64,000 bases of DNA. Origin: Lingula anatina (Eukaryota > Animalia > Brachiopoda). Below are positions 1-13,970 of this stretch, in pieces (within the stretch, counting starts at the first letter, position 1; every line of letters starts with the position of its first letter). The notes under the pieces were generated by a model, which was not told where the DNA came from, ran no database searches, and saw only the letters and a list, made by a program, of their open reading frames with translations. The DNA is taken from contig CM120643.1 in NCBI GenBank assembly GCA_051362555.1, positions 28,648,848 to 28,712,847 of the forward strand. Reading direction: 5' to 3'. A program made the translations under genes and the position numbers.

Positions 1-717
1 ATTTTATTTAAATATCAGGATTTTTCTTAAAACGATGAGGCGTGACTCTTTAATATTTGATATTAAAATAGTCCTTTAAAAAATTATCGAGAGGCATTAC
101 ATGTCTCATGATTTCTACATCTATACTTCCAAAATGCAAAGAATTAAAATGACTGAAACATTCTGGTACCATGCAGAGCCAACCTGCCAAATATTAATGG
201 AGAATATGAAGACAAATAGTGGAAACAGAAAAGATAACAGCTATATTACTTTTTTATCCTTCATATGATACGCGTTTCCTCTTTAGTCTCAAACTGTATA
301 TGTCACTGTTGTATATGGTGCGAGGCCAAACCAAAAATGAGGCACTTATTTAAGGTGAAGGAAACGAGATATTTTCTCAATTTTTAGTCTTTTTTTTAAA
401 TATCGTAAAAATATTAATTCTAAAACAAAACAAAAAAAAAATGACGGGCCATCTATTAACATCGGGTGGGGAACACATGTCCAACAAGGTCATTGTTACC
501 TATCTGCAGGACTAAGAAAACTAAGGAATGGGTGTCCGCAGTACTTTTAATATCAAATCATCTCCCAGGGCATGCGTGTCCTAGGAATTGGAGACCTAGG
601 ACAAGTATTCCCAGGACTAAGTGTCGACGAGACACTCATTTCTATACAACATACATGTACATCCGTTCTCTTCAACTTCCCTGGGATGGAACTACAGGGA
701 GTACACATCTACTGTAA

Positions 718-1283
718 TGTCCCTATTTCACACAGACCACGAATCCCACGAATCGACAGGTATTGACAAATTTCAGGATTCGTGAGGATTCGTGAGATTT
801 TGCCAATTTTCTGGTCTAATTCGACACGCTCTACGATTCAGTTACGATACAGGTGCGATAGTGATACGAATATTCGTGGGATTAGGCTGGCATCGCACGA
901 ATATTGTCCAGAAATTCACTACGATTTTTTGGAATCGGGAGTTCGTGGCTAAAATTTTGAACAGCTCAGAATTTTTGCCACGAATTCCCGATTGATCAAG
1001 AATTGCAAGAACTGACTACGATTATATATGTATCTGTTAAGAACTTCACGAACTGATTACGAATCCTGAAATTTGTCAGTTCGTGGGATTCGTGGTCTGT
1101 GTGAAATAGGGGCACCAAAGTTTTTGCCACGAATTCCTGTTGGTCAAGAATTGCAAGAACTGACTACGAATATATACGACTCTGTTAAGAACTTCAGGAA
1201 CTGATTACGATTCAACCACGAATCCTGAAATTTGTCAATTCATGGCGATTCGTGGGATTCGTGGTCTGTGTGAAATAGGGGCA
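718..1283. mobile_element. Non-autonomous DNA transposon (MITE), PIF/Harbinger-like, with a duplicated right end
   Basis: Left TIR TGTCCCTATTTCACACAGACCACGAATCCCACGAATC at 718; inverted copies end at 1114 and 1283. TAA flanks both outer ends (715-717, 1284-1286). No transposase ORF. Confidence 0.75.
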
Positions 1284-1351
1284 TAACCGAGTGAAGCGAA
1301 TAATAGTTCTGTTTCATGCGACCCATCTCATCAACTTCATTGCCAATTCAG

Positions 1352-4300
1352 AATTTTACTTTACATTATCAACATCAAATCTTCGACCCTAGGTCAACAG
1401 AGCTGCAGTTTGGAGAAATGGAAATCAAGAAGCATGTTTCTTCCAAGGAAGTCAACGTCGACAATAGCACTGACGTGGACACCGACGAAGTGGACATCGA
1501 GACAGATGAAGTCCAGCGTGTTAACGGAGGTATACTGACCAGCGTCTCCGGGCACGTGCAGGTGTTTGACAGACCAGCTGAGCAGGTAGATTTTATTTGA
1601 TGTAGCAGCACTATAGATATGAAGAACCGTACTAAATTAACCAAATATGTCAATTGAATGTTTGTGAAAAATGTCCTGTAGCTACTGATAGTTCTGACAA
1701 ATTTTATGAAGCCTCAATCTACAAAGTACAGTCAAACGTACGTTTGAAGCATCATTTATTACTATTTGTCTTGGGCTCGCTCCTCGGGTTAAAAAGAGAT
1801 CATGGAAATTTTCATCTGATGGATATTTTACATGCAAACCACAGTATATTGTGCATTGAATTTTGCAGATAGATGAAATATAACAACATTGAACACAAAT
1901 CAAATGCTAGTCATGTTATAGGATATGCGCATATATTTAAAATTTAATATTGCATAGCGTTGGTAAAATTTAATATTAAAATCCCCTCAGGATGACACCA
2001 CAACCAACCCTGTGGAAGGGGGTAATGTTGATCTTGGGGCATATTTGACCTCTAACGTGACATTCACGTTGACCTTGCGCAAGCACGTAAAGCGTTCCGT
2101 CGAAGGCGTTCAAAGAATGGAAGCGGCAGCTAAGGCCCAATTCCAGAAAAGATCCTTGGTCGGACAGTATGACCAGGGTAAGTGAAGCTGTAAAATTCTT
2201 AATTCTGTCTCACTTCCTTATTTATACTTTTTGGGAGGAGGGGGGAGCGGCTGAAGGAAGGAGGGAATGCCTTTACAGCTAAGAAATTGGCTTTTTATTG
2301 TGAAAAAGCTGTTAGTGCTATATTCCCTTTCCTCATCTCTCGAAGAAAATGCAGTTCAGAGAAGATGGTGAAAAAACTGATTCCTGCATGCACTACTAAT
2401 AACTGGGTCTCTTGAAACATTTTTAAATTATTGTTTAAGATTTTAAAATAACTAATTTATGTTTCAATGTCATTCTACATATTGTCATGTACTGCACATT
2501 ATGATCCCTAATTGCAGTGTCTGGTGTTTACCAAAGATGGACTGTTTTGAGGAAAAAGTTCGACGGAGAGGATAAGTTAAGTCGAGCTGTGGCGAACTTC
2601 ATAAAGGATCCATCAGCTCTGTCAAAATGTATGTGTTATAGCGTATTTTTAACTTTTTTAAAGAACGATTTAGTTCCAAACACTGTTGAAATATCTGCCA
2701 AAGACTTTCTATATCAATATTTGTGGTTGAAAAATAGAATCACGGGCGTATCAAACGCTAATGCATATTTCAATTGGGTATAATTAAACATTATTTCATG
2801 TATATGATATGCAAATGGTTGAATATTGACTTTTGTACTCTGCTTGCTGTCTTGCCTGCACAGGTATCCCGTAAACTGCCATTGTGTACCGTACATGCAC
2901 CTACATATGTTCACCAGATTTTTTGTTGCAGTGGACGAAGTGAACGAAATTCTGTCGCTAGAAAATGAGCTTGGGATGCCACACAACACTGCAACCTCTG
3001 CAGCCGCCAACAAACCGCCTTTGGTTAAGCAACTGCTACAAGCAACAAAAGAGGTTTGACTTTAATAATATTCTATTGAGCATGTAACAGTTTAAAAAGT
3101 ATGTATAACCAAAACCAAATTTTACTGTATGGTCTTCAATATCAAGAAAACTGACAAGAAATGTAGAAGATTACATTTTGGACTACTGTGTGATCTGTAT
3201 TTACATACATGTGTACATTACCTTTTTTTGTTATCGTTTTTCAAAATAGTTTCCCTGCCTTATTAAAAAAGACTGCTTGTCATTTCTGTTTGGGCACCTT
3301 TACTTACGTTTTCATTTCTGAAAGTGTTTGAATATGTGTTTTACAAATGGACATTGTATACTTGTATAGATATGTAAATTTAAGGGTTGCTGAGATTTAT
3401 GTATAACGTAAAATTAATGCATTTAATATACATTAACTTTGATGCACTAAATGTTAAGTCACCAAACGTATTATATCCTGTGCTTTAAGATTGTTACCAA
3501 GTGCTCGACACATTGGGAAATTTGCAAAGATATATTGGATCTTTACATCACTGCAGGCGGCAAAGAAGTCGAAAAGGTAACGTACGGTAAAATACAAAGT
3601 GCCATTTAGACCCTTTTGTTGTAATTCTCATCTGCTTAAGTATATTATAATGTATTACATGAATTGTGCAAACTCTGAAAATGTACAAACGTAATTTTAC
3701 GATATTGCACAAAAAGACATTTAACTCAGCGGTTATACGTAACATTTATTACACTTGTGGCTTTGAGAAGGATGACAGACGTAACATTAACGCCATAAAT
3801 GTAACATTTTGGATACAATTTTTACAACGTGCAGCACACTGTCATGTTTTGTCTTTCCTAGACGCTGTCAGATCTGGTCCAGTCTCACCCCCTTTCTGTC
3901 GACCAAAAACAGGAACTGGTTCAGAAGATGTCCTTTATTGCCAAACCTACAAACCACATCCTGACCACAGTTAAGACACTCTGGAACACGGTGTCCTCTC
4001 AAGGTGATCCATCCCAAAGTCACGTCATACTTACCCTCGGCTCCCTCGCCTCGAAGGAAACTACCACCACTGGTTTCCGATCAGAATTGGTGGATCTTCT
4101 TCGACGCCATCTCCAATCAGGCGACAAAAATAACAACACGGAGCAAATCAGTGACGCTCTCGAGGCTATAGGTAACTTTGGTGACAACAGACTTACACCG
4201 GATGTATTGACAATTGCTAAAAAGACGGGACAACTGGAAGAGATAGAGATAGGCTGTATCCACGCTCTGAGAAGAAACTTCCACGTTGAGTCAGTTCAAA

Positions 4301-5221
4301 AATGGCTAGTTGATTTGCTGACCCGTCCAACATCTAGCTGTGAATTACTTGAAGGTGCCGTAGTGACCATCAAAGATGAACTTGCCTACAGAAAGATACT
4401 GGATACCAAAAATAAGGCATGGCCCAATGCAGGTCACACAGACGTAGATAGAATTCTTCTCAATGCACTTCTCATGGCAGATTTAAGATACGAGTGCGCA
4501 TTTTCAGATATAAAGCAGTATTTCCGACTTAAAGGTGTACCGATTGGTAAACACATTGAAATTTACGAGACGGTGAATTCCACGCGCACCAAGAGAAGAG
4601 TTGACCATGTAAGCTGCAGTTCTTGGGGCACCTACGGCTCACGCTATTCAGAATTGTTAAGTTCAAGTCAGTTCACAAATGATAACTCCTTGTTCCCAAA
4701 CAACAAGCACTGCCTTTCCCACATCAGTTACGGTCCTTCGAAAGTTAACGTCTATGTCAAGTCCGGTGTCTTTGCTGGTAAAGATGAAGTTCGAAGACAC
4801 TGTAAAGTGTACGGCAAGGCAGTAGCTAAACTCAAAGTCTTCTCCAAAAGCTTCACACTCGCAACCGCAGAAGTATATCGTGCCAAGACTAGCAGCAGTA
4901 GGACTAAGGTTTATCTTCATGTCTACTGGAAGACTGTGGTGAACACATACCAGTCCGGCCCACTGTACAAAAACTACCCCATTTACAGACCATCGCCAAA
5001 AACCATCACCTTATTCCAGATTCATGTACTTGTCGCCAAGATCTCTGTAACCATTACCTTGGCTCCAAGCGTGGACTTCAATGTAAGAGCAGGGTTCTGT
5101 TCTCGTTCAACAGATCCTTGTTCCCACTGTCTGACGATGACACTCAAAGCAGGTCTTCGTATTTCTGGTGGTGCTTCAGCTAGTTTGCTTGTAAGTACCA
5201 GTATATAACCTGTATAAACAC

Positions 5222-5267
<46 letters not shown>

Positions 5268-6106
5268 GTTTAGGTATATGTGTGTACATTGTAATAGCTG
5301 TTTTTGTGAATTAAAAATTAGATTTTTTTAGGAAAGTGACATCTATGTATCTATGTATTTTTCAGTGACAATTTAAAATCACAAAGGAAAAACGAAATAT
5401 ATTATAGATGTTTGGTGAAATAAAGTAACGTGTGCTAACTTAATCAATTTAAGGTTTCATAAATATAATTTAAAATAATCCTTGTAGTGTAATTTGGCTG
5501 CTGTTTGTAATAAGTCTCTACGCAAAACACTGGCCGTATCATTAATGATATATTAATATATATCATTACCTTATACTATAAAGACAGAGATAAATTCACT
5601 ACATGTTATTCATACATTGATTCCAGGCACTAGTTCGTGGTGGGATTGACGTAGGCGTCACTCTCAATTACCTAGTTGAAGGAGAAGGGAAGCTCTACCC
5701 TGGGGTGTGTTTCTCGTTCTACCACGGACACGACCCTATGAGCAATGACATCCAAGCTTGGTATCAAAAAAGAGATTGGAGGATATGGGTGAGTCGTGAA
5801 GTGGCGTAATTTGATTTTATATCGGTTCAGTTCAACTTGACTTGATTCAGCTTGGCTTAAATGGTATTTGAAAAACTTGTGTTACAGTCCAGATTCGTCA
5901 TGTGCTTTATTATTATTATTATTATTTATTTTAATATTATTGATATTTTATCATTGTTATATAATCCTAAATCATTTATTTCATTACTACATATTTCATA
6001 TCAGAAGCGGAAATGGGGAAGCAGGAAGACGTGGAATCCGTCTTCGCTGTCTTGGAGCTTGGGAAGATCCAGTAGAAGACGCATCGCTAAAGCGGGCACA
6101 TGCTAG
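1352..6106 (+). CDS. 3' portion of a multi-exon gene for a large lipid transfer protein (vitellogenin/MTP-like) family protein; 5' end not identified, probably upstream of the window
   Basis: Phase-compatible GT-AG exons 1352-1585, 1991-2177, 2518-2628, 2932-3053, 3490-3576, 3862-5190, 5627-5788, 6005-6106 (777 codons plus stop). Helical-repeat motifs ILDLYITAGG, ILTLGSLA, ALEAIGNFGD, CIHALRR resemble the lipovitellin/MTP alpha-helical domain. The exon model is well supported; the family call is by eye. Confidence 0.6.
3862..5190 (+). CDS. Largest exon (443 codons) of the lipid-transfer-like gene
   Basis: Acceptor tctttcctag at 3861, donor gtaagt at 5191. Contains most of ORF 3928..5208 and the RTKRR site. 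Confidence 0.85.
5226..5265. repeat. (AG)n microsatellite
   Basis: Directly visible dinucleotide run. Confidence 0.95.
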
Positions 6107-9100
6107 GCATTTTTGTTATATCAATTACACAAAAGTTCTTGTCTTAGTGCCAAGATATTTTTACGTTTGAATTCGCGTTCTTGTACGTGGACATGAGTGT
6201 TCACGCGTGCACTCGCATGCATATGCGTTATTTACATAGTGTCTAGAAAAGAGATCGGTCGCATATTGTTTCTTTGCAGCTTAGATATAGGTCAGAAACC
6301 ACTATATTATTTCTTACTGACGACCATACTAAGAAATACCTGCAAACTTCATGAAAAAAAGTATTTGGTAAAACATTTCCTATCCCCAAGGACAGCAGAC
6401 ATAACTCCCAATGGCACAAAAAATACTGTTGCAAGGTTCTTTCCTTACACTTGAACGCGTGCACTCTGATGTTTGTAAACAAACCACTGCAGCGCTCACT
6501 GTCAGTAACTCCCTCTGTCAGAGGTCTTACGCTGCACAACACCTGTGCTTGGTTCTGACAAAAAAATGGCAGTAGTTTACACCCTAGCTTGCTAGTTAAC
6601 ACCAAAATTAACCCCAGTAACACACAAGAGATTCCAGGAAAAAATTGGAAATAAATCACTAATTTCTCTCACAGCACTACATTCAATAACAGCCTGTGAT
6701 AAGTCTATTTGGTGGTTTCTGCCCTTATATAGTAACGCTTTTGAAACTAAGCACATGGCTTTTGTAGTTCACCAAAGCTGTCGGAGTGATTTGTTTTTCG
6801 TGCATTGTGTTTAACAAAATATTTCATTTTATTTGATTATTATTTTGTATTAATTCGTTAGTTTTTAATGTTTAATCAGTTAATTAATAATATTGCCTGC
6901 CAAGTGTTTTAAGAAGTGGTATATGAAACTTTTTTTTTTTGTTGATTGACAATGAATGGTTATTTTATTTGGTCGTAAGTGGGGGAATAAATAGAAACAT
7001 AGCATGCCCAATGAGCACTTTCACAACATTTGAATATGTTTGAAAAATAGATATTTTTCATATTATGCAGCTTTGTTTTCAAAGGCCAATGGTCAAAACG
7101 CGATTTATGCTGTATAATTGTACACAACTGCGAGCGGTAGACATATAAGCTACATTTAAGCAATGTGGGTATGTACACCTATGGGCATGGGTATTTTTTG
7201 AATAATTATATGCTTAAGTCACAGCCCTCCCACAACACATGATAGATAAAGAGATAAACAATTTTAACTCGGGTTACGGTAATTACTATAAATTGAGAAA
7301 AAACTCTCTTAAACCCATATGCTACTTTTCAAGATTATATGTTGAAATTCAGAAGTATTTTCGACCATAGTACATAAGCCGACCATCTATTCAGAAGTTA
7401 TGAAATAGCATTTTAATGAGTACTTCACACACTAGAATAATATTCTAATTATAATTTAAATATTATTTCAATAAGATTTATATCGAGTTTGTTCAGTATG
7501 AATTTAATTTCAACTTTATCTATACCCAATGTACTGCTAGCTTAATATACGCCTTACTCAGACCTTACATGTACAACTTGGTCAAAATAACTGCCCGTTT
7601 TTCATTTCATTGCACTGTTGTAGACTAGAAATGAACCACAAAATAAAAATTGGAAATATGATTTAGAAATTATGGACAATGGAACCTTTGAGGGGGGAAT
7701 GGTAAGAAAGGCGTGCTATCATCAAATGGCGGTTTTATTAGCCTAGCTGATTTTGTTAGTCAAGAAAGGCGCCATTTGCTCTTTCATTACGTCGATTTAG
7801 TTCATGGTAAATGTCTGAGAAATTCATTCAAAAGTAACTGGACAAGGTTTCCTGTGTGTAAAAGCATTGTACAGGGTTTTTTAATTCGACAAGTTATTAA
7901 ACACGTGATGTTCATGTACTTATGCCAATCCGTTCAACACCAATGTCCCCAAAACGATAGACTTATACATACCCATGTATACTCTGGAAAAGACATCTCA
8001 TTTTATATGCCAAGTTCACAATTGTCGACTAAAATCCGCCGAAATATCAATTAAAATTGAAATCATTGGTAATATGAAGTGAGATTTTTGGGGGAATTTG
8101 CGAAGAGTGTGTTCAGAAATAATGGCAGACTAGCGAGTGCATTGCGTTATATCTACGTATATTTTTGGGTATTCCAAGTTCTGTCAAATTACACAATTTT
8201 GCACAACCGAATAAAATTCACCCTGTTTTGGGAATCACTTAATTATTGGTTTCTAATTAAAATACCTTCCAGGCGTTAAGAGTTTCTCCTTCTTTCTATG
8301 AGTTAACTGTCTTAACAATTTCAGTTAAATTATGTATTGTGCACAGTAATAACGGTGTAAGTACCGGTGCATGTATATAATTTAAGTATATAAGTCTATG
8401 TATGCCTATACTTCAGAACTTATTATTTAGCTATTTTAATAAAATATCATTTACTCAAAATTGACAAAGAACGAAAGAGCACGGCTGTATAGCAAGCAAA
8501 TCAAGTAACAAACATCTGTTTATTTTTCTGAATATTGTTTATTATCGCAATAATTTATTTTCCTTTCCCCAACATGCGTGGTTTCACAAGGCCAAATTAG
8601 GCCACAGATTTAGGACCATTGCTGAAATACAAAATCAAAAACTTATAATTACCATCATTAGATAAATGACGTAGGAGGAAACCAATGTTTGCCTGCTGAT
8701 GTACCATTACATATGCCCTTTACTAAGGCCTTTTAACTGAATACATGTATAAGTAATGCATTGCTGGGTTGGTTAAGTTAATTACAGTACTTTTTTTAAC
8801 AAAAAAATAAGTCTTTGATTAAAATAATCGTATATATATATGGACACTGAAATAATGCCGGGTAGAATTTCGCCATGCTAAGTTACCTTACATAGTACGC
8901 CTCGAATTAAAAAGCATTGTTTGGTAAAATATTTGTTCTTTCCCCATCAGTAAAGTAAAATGACAATCCGCTATACAACAAACTGCTATATAACAATCCG
9001 CTATCATTTAAAGGTGATTTGCCCCCAAAAAGTGTTTTTCGCGTTTCTGGTATCAATATGCCTATCGTGCCTATATTGTGGCTCTCACATCACTATATCA

Positions 9101-9782
9101 GAAGCAAATAAGTAAGCACATGATGTAAGGACGTAGTACTGTCTTTATGATAAAACTGGAGAAGCACAACGCCGATTTAAATACAGTCGTACGTTAAATC
9201 TTACCCTGTATTGACTTTTCTTACAGGAATCGCCGATACATAAATGCCATTGAGTTCAGAGTCCTCACCCTGTTCGCCCTTTTTCTTTTTAAGGTGCACG
9301 TGCAGTACTTGTAATATGAATTTGTCCAACTGAAATGTACAGGTAGTCCTTACTCATTCAACGAAGATTCTGAACTAGAGGGATTGGCAACGTAATATTT
9401 CAAGTTTCCAGCAGGCCCGTCGTGCAATATTCTTTCCAATTTTTTTCTACAGATAAACGTTCTTTTAGGTTAGAAAAGCAAAATGAACTCGAACATGGCG
9501 GTAAATTTGTGAGGGAAAATAAACATTACGGCATTTGCCGAAAGACATGTATTTACTTTATTTGGCGTTTAATGAGAATTTATCTGAACAAAATGGGGTT
9601 AATGATAGCATATAAACACGTTACTATTATAGAAAAATGACCGCCATAATATGCAGCACAAAGTAAAAAAAGAGCTGCAAAATCGGTCCATATTTGATAT
9701 TATTAGTCCACTTAAGGCCTCCCAAGCCTCTGATATTTCTGTTAATTGTGACATAACGTTAGCCATGATTCTGAACTATCAA

Positions 9783-11754
9783 CACACTTGACATTTAATA
9801 TGGACTATTTTTTCCAAATCATTTTTCATCAGTTTTTTCCTATTTTTCTGACTGATAAATGAGTAAGGGTTAATAACTTTTAATAATCTACTTTATGTAA
9901 TTGTGACATTAGTTCTTAAATTGAATTGGCCAGTGAAGCACAAAAGAAAAACTGATCCTAAGCCTACAGAATTCGGCCAATTTCTTAAAGGATCCTAGGG
10001 CCGTTTCCTAAGGGGACACGGAATTTTTTTACCATAAAGGGAAAACAAGGTCTGTTTTTCCTGTCAGTTTCTATTTCTGGGACATAATAAATACAGACTT
10101 GACATTTAATATGGAATATTTCAGTTTTAAAGGTATGCCTAGATAAAAGTGCGTTCTTTTTTCAAAAAACTCAGATCTCATATAAGATATCTGTCAGAAG
10201 AAGTGTGAAGTCAGGTGTGTCGCTACCAATTAATTGCCTACCAAGTCCGTTGCACTGCTGCCTTGTGTAATATGCGGTGATTTAATTGGGTAGTGCTCCT
10301 TTGGGCTGGTCAAAGCTTGGCTTTGGCGAAGCATGGTTCTGCCAAAAAAGTATCCATTTGTCGGCAACTACTGCATCGAAGAATTTGAAATTTTGCATGC
10401 AAGCGGTCGGTTTTGCAAAATGAGTTAAAATGAGTTAAACAATATTTTACAAAAATGTTAATCTGTGTCAGAATGGCGCGAAAAATCCAGACATTGCCAG
10501 ACAGATTATTGTGTCAAACGGAATAGTCTGCACAGTTTTATGGAGTTATGCCCGGACTGATGTACCTACACAGAGACCACGCCCAATGTTTCGACATCTT
10601 ACCACCAGGGCACAGGACTCACTGTCCTTCAGGATATGCTGCTGCAACTAAACAAAACCCACCCAGTCCGTTCAGAATGAGGGGCAAATTGTGACCAAAA
10701 CGCGTTTTTCAAGGCTCTTAGCGAATATCAAACCGGTTTTAGCAGGTTAGGATACCAAACGACCTCTGAGGAAGCCACTGTAAACAGCAAAACAGCGTCG
10801 TCTGTTTCTCTAATGAATTGTGGACCATGGCCGTTTCTGGGTAGAACACTGAAACCGCGTGGCTTTCTTTATTGAGGTCAGATTTCACCTGTACCGCTTA
10901 ACTGGTCAAAACAGAGTTCCAGACATCCTGCAGAGGCCTACGACAAGGCGTGTGCCGCTTCTAAAGTGACTAGGGTCATTGACAGCGTCAGTATTTAGAG
11001 TGGATACCACATTGGTGCCAAAACACCAATGGTAGTCAATGATGAAAACCTAAACCAGATGAAATAAAGGAATAATCTGGGAACTATTTGACTATCATTT
11101 GATAGGGGGCACCTTAGGAACAATTTTAGGTTGCACAATGAGATTGCCCCTTCACACAGAGCACTTTTAATAGCAGATAACTTAAAGAGCCAAGGGATTG
11201 AGCAGATACATTGGTCATCAAAATCGCCATATTTGAACCACATAGACAACACATGGGTAGGTTATTACTCTCCGAATCAATGGCCTGCATGTCTACAACA
11301 AAACTGAACCGAATTGGACAAGTTTTGACCGTTGCCTGGAATTTTTTTCCAGATTAAACTCTAAAAACCCATCCTAAGGAATACCTTGCCACTTGAAAGC
11401 TCTGGTAGCAGCCAGCTGAAGTCAGGTGTAACAGCAACCGTTGCTGTGACAAGACACTGACATGAGGGTCATTTGTGGGGCGTAAAACTCTTCTAAAGAC
11501 GATAATTTCGAAAATATGGAGATCCAAAATATCGCTTTCAATGGTTGTCGTGTGACTTAAAATAGGCAATGCATTTTTGTTTGCCTCACTGGCGAATTCA
11601 ATTAATGAACTGATGTCACAATGACATCAAAGAGATGGATAAAATTTATAAAACAAGATTTTAATCCTTATTTTCATTTATCAGTCAGCAAAATAGGAAC
11701 AAACTGATGAAAAATAATTTGGAAAAAAATATTCCATATTAAATGTCAAGTCTG
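9783..11754 (+). mobile_element. Degenerate Tc1-family transposon
   Basis: TIR CAGACTTGACATTTAATATGGAATATTT has left copies at 9783 (long) and 10094 (short, preceded by TA). The inverted copy at about 11675-11754 is followed by TA. A decayed transposase lies between. Confidence 0.75.
10800..11260 (+). pseudogene. Tc1/mariner DD34E transposase remnant
   Basis: 11131-11256 translates LHNEIAPSHRALLIADNLKSQGIEQIHWSSKSPYLNHIDNTW, matching the Tc1 consensus QxDNAPxH...WPxxSPDLNPIExxW with the catalytic residues mutated. FSNE near 10805 corresponds to FSDE. Frame is disrupted. Confidence 0.8.
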
Positions 11755-12313
11755 TACTTCAAATTCAAAGATATCTCAGTTTCAAATAAAAGTGTATTAT
11801 TTAATTCAGCGTTGAAATGCAGGAATATGTATTGCAATAACTTATTACGTATCAGCTGCTTATATCTTAATGAAAACAAAATTATTATTACAATTATTAT
11901 TAAATATTTCGCAACTATAAGTAAGATTGTACATGTAGGCCAACTAAAAAGGTGTAAAATAATTTAATTATAGGATCATAAGATGCCATTACCGGAGGAT
12001 TTGTCGGGCGGCAAACATGGTGAGGTGAAAACAGGATATTATACTGAAAACAGACGGATACTTACTATCTCTTCACAAAACCACTGAACACTGGATCACA
12101 ACTCTTCTTACAACCTCCTTTGCAAGCACAGCCGAATATGTTACACTTTCCTTGGCCACAGTGCGGATTACTCTGAAGATGAAAAGAAGACACAACTTCA
12201 GGACTCCATCCCTCACAGTAGAAAGGCCAAATATGGAAGACATTTAATAGTGATACTCAGCTTCACCAAAGACCTGCTTGACAGACCGTTTTCCATTATC
12301 ACCAGTAGAGATA

Positions 12314-12527
12314 GGGCGTATTCACATAGATTTTAGATCGATCTATCCCCGTGGGGAGTCTCACTAGATAACTGTCAGGTAATCCGGCTTAAATGTCGGT
12401 CCCGCCTACTACAAGCTGTAAGGGGGTAATTAACTTTCGTGCCCGCTCGGCTGACAGCTATTTAGCGTGAACCCCCAGGGAGTTAGGTCGATCTAGTTGG
12501 ATCGATATAATCTCTGGGAATGGGGTC
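12314..12527. mobile_element. Degenerate palindromic MITE
   Basis: Imperfect inverted arms (ATTCACATAGATTTTAGATCGATC vs GATCGATATAATCTCTGGGAAT; TAGATAACTGTCAG vs CTGACAGCTATTTA). Confidence 0.4.
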
Positions 12528-13970
12528 ATTAATGAGATTATCGAAAAACAAGTCTCCGTAAACATGGTAGGAAGACTGTTTATATATTCACCTAGTATAT
12601 CTTTCCACATGAAGCCAAATGTAATTTTGAATCAATACACTTCCACATAACCAGTGGAATCACCTGTCAGAATCAATGGGTGTTGGTATGTAGTGAGAAC
12701 CTTTTTTTTTATTCTTCATATTTCTATTTATTCATTTGTTGTCTTAATATATCTTCTTTTTGTCAACCGGATATAAATACTAAAAATAGTTTTCCTACCT
12801 TTGTACAGTCTTGACACCAGCCATTTGCATTCTTGACTTGAAAGCAGCACACCGCTTGGGTTTCTCTAACCACAGTCATTGTCACAAGAACAACTGCTAG
12901 TATGGTGGCAAGATATCCAGACATTTTCTAAATATAGTTATTGATTGGATGTTATTCAAATATACCACTAAGACTCATTTCATAGTATTAAGACTAATGC
13001 TTTTCAGTAAATTTGAGGTAAAATTAAAAGTACGGTTTGGCACTTGTGGGACTTAAAATCAATCAATTCACGCCAATTTTCGAAAGACACTTGTTTGAAG
13101 TAAAAATGAAAATAAAGTTTGGCAGTTCTAGGGTGAAGTGTAAATTTGTCGGACGGCTGTGCCTGTCTCCATAAAAACACATACGTTGTCTGAATAAAAA
13201 ATTAACCAAAATATTAACCAAAAATGTTCCACTTTTCCGATTTTTAAAGTTGCTTTCAAATTTCCAGTTTGTTGTATTTTTTCAGTTATCCTACGCCCAA
13301 TTTACAAATCATTTGTGACGGACGTTGACAATGCAAAGCAAAAGGGACTGTTGAAATAACTTAAGCGATTAATCTTACCGGTAAGTTATTCTTCAGACAG
13401 CCGAGAGTCGAGTTGTGAAAGCAGCTGAACTCGAATTTACCGTGCGGTAAATATGAGACAACTGAATAAAACGTAGTTCCTATGTCATAGAAAAGATGCA
13501 GGACGGACTGTCTGCGCCCGCTTTATCTGTCTACCACCCTGCTGGTTTCGTCTGTTGTAGAACAATTTCAAAAGATCAATATTGTAAACAAAAACGTTTG
13601 TGGCACTGTGATATCAAACATGAAAGGAGTGCAGACTACACATTTTCAAGGGAAGCTTTTGACCGTTTGTGGGCATGTTCAGAACTGATGCAACTTAAAC
13701 CGTAAATTTCCCATCTGACGTCACCAAGAAATGGTCGTCATAAAGATAAGGTTCGCCATCTAGGGCATACCTTTCATTTCAGGATTCATCTAGCATTAGG
13801 AGTATTTTGGAGTAATAATTCAATCGAATATTATAGAAGTCTTAGAACTTCATGTGTCATGTTTGTTACATAAACCTACACTTAAAACACATTTTTGAAA
13901 CATGTATGCGTTTATTATAAATTTTTAAGATGGCAATTGTAGAAACAAATCATTATAATTATCATGACTA

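Larger units (their letters stand above)
10131..13772. mobile_element. Possible Kolobok-type element ends
   Basis: TTAA|AGGTATGCCTAGA at 10131 and TCTAGGGCATACCT|TTCA ending 13772. The TIR is short and imperfect and is interleaved with the Tc1 ends. Confidence 0.35.

Noticed and set aside
466-766. ORFs 466..717 and 572..766 as upstream exons of the lipid-transfer-like gene
   Set aside because: No convincing donor in a compatible phase before the MITE and no recognisable motif; left unresolved.
3557-3576. 20-nt mini-exon using the ctgcag acceptor
   Set aside because: Phase-incompatible with exon 3862; the longer exon 3490-3576 fits both neighbours.
6243-6659. 138-aa minus-strand ORF
   Set aside because: Antisense to the probable 3' UTR of the first gene, non-ATG start, no motif.
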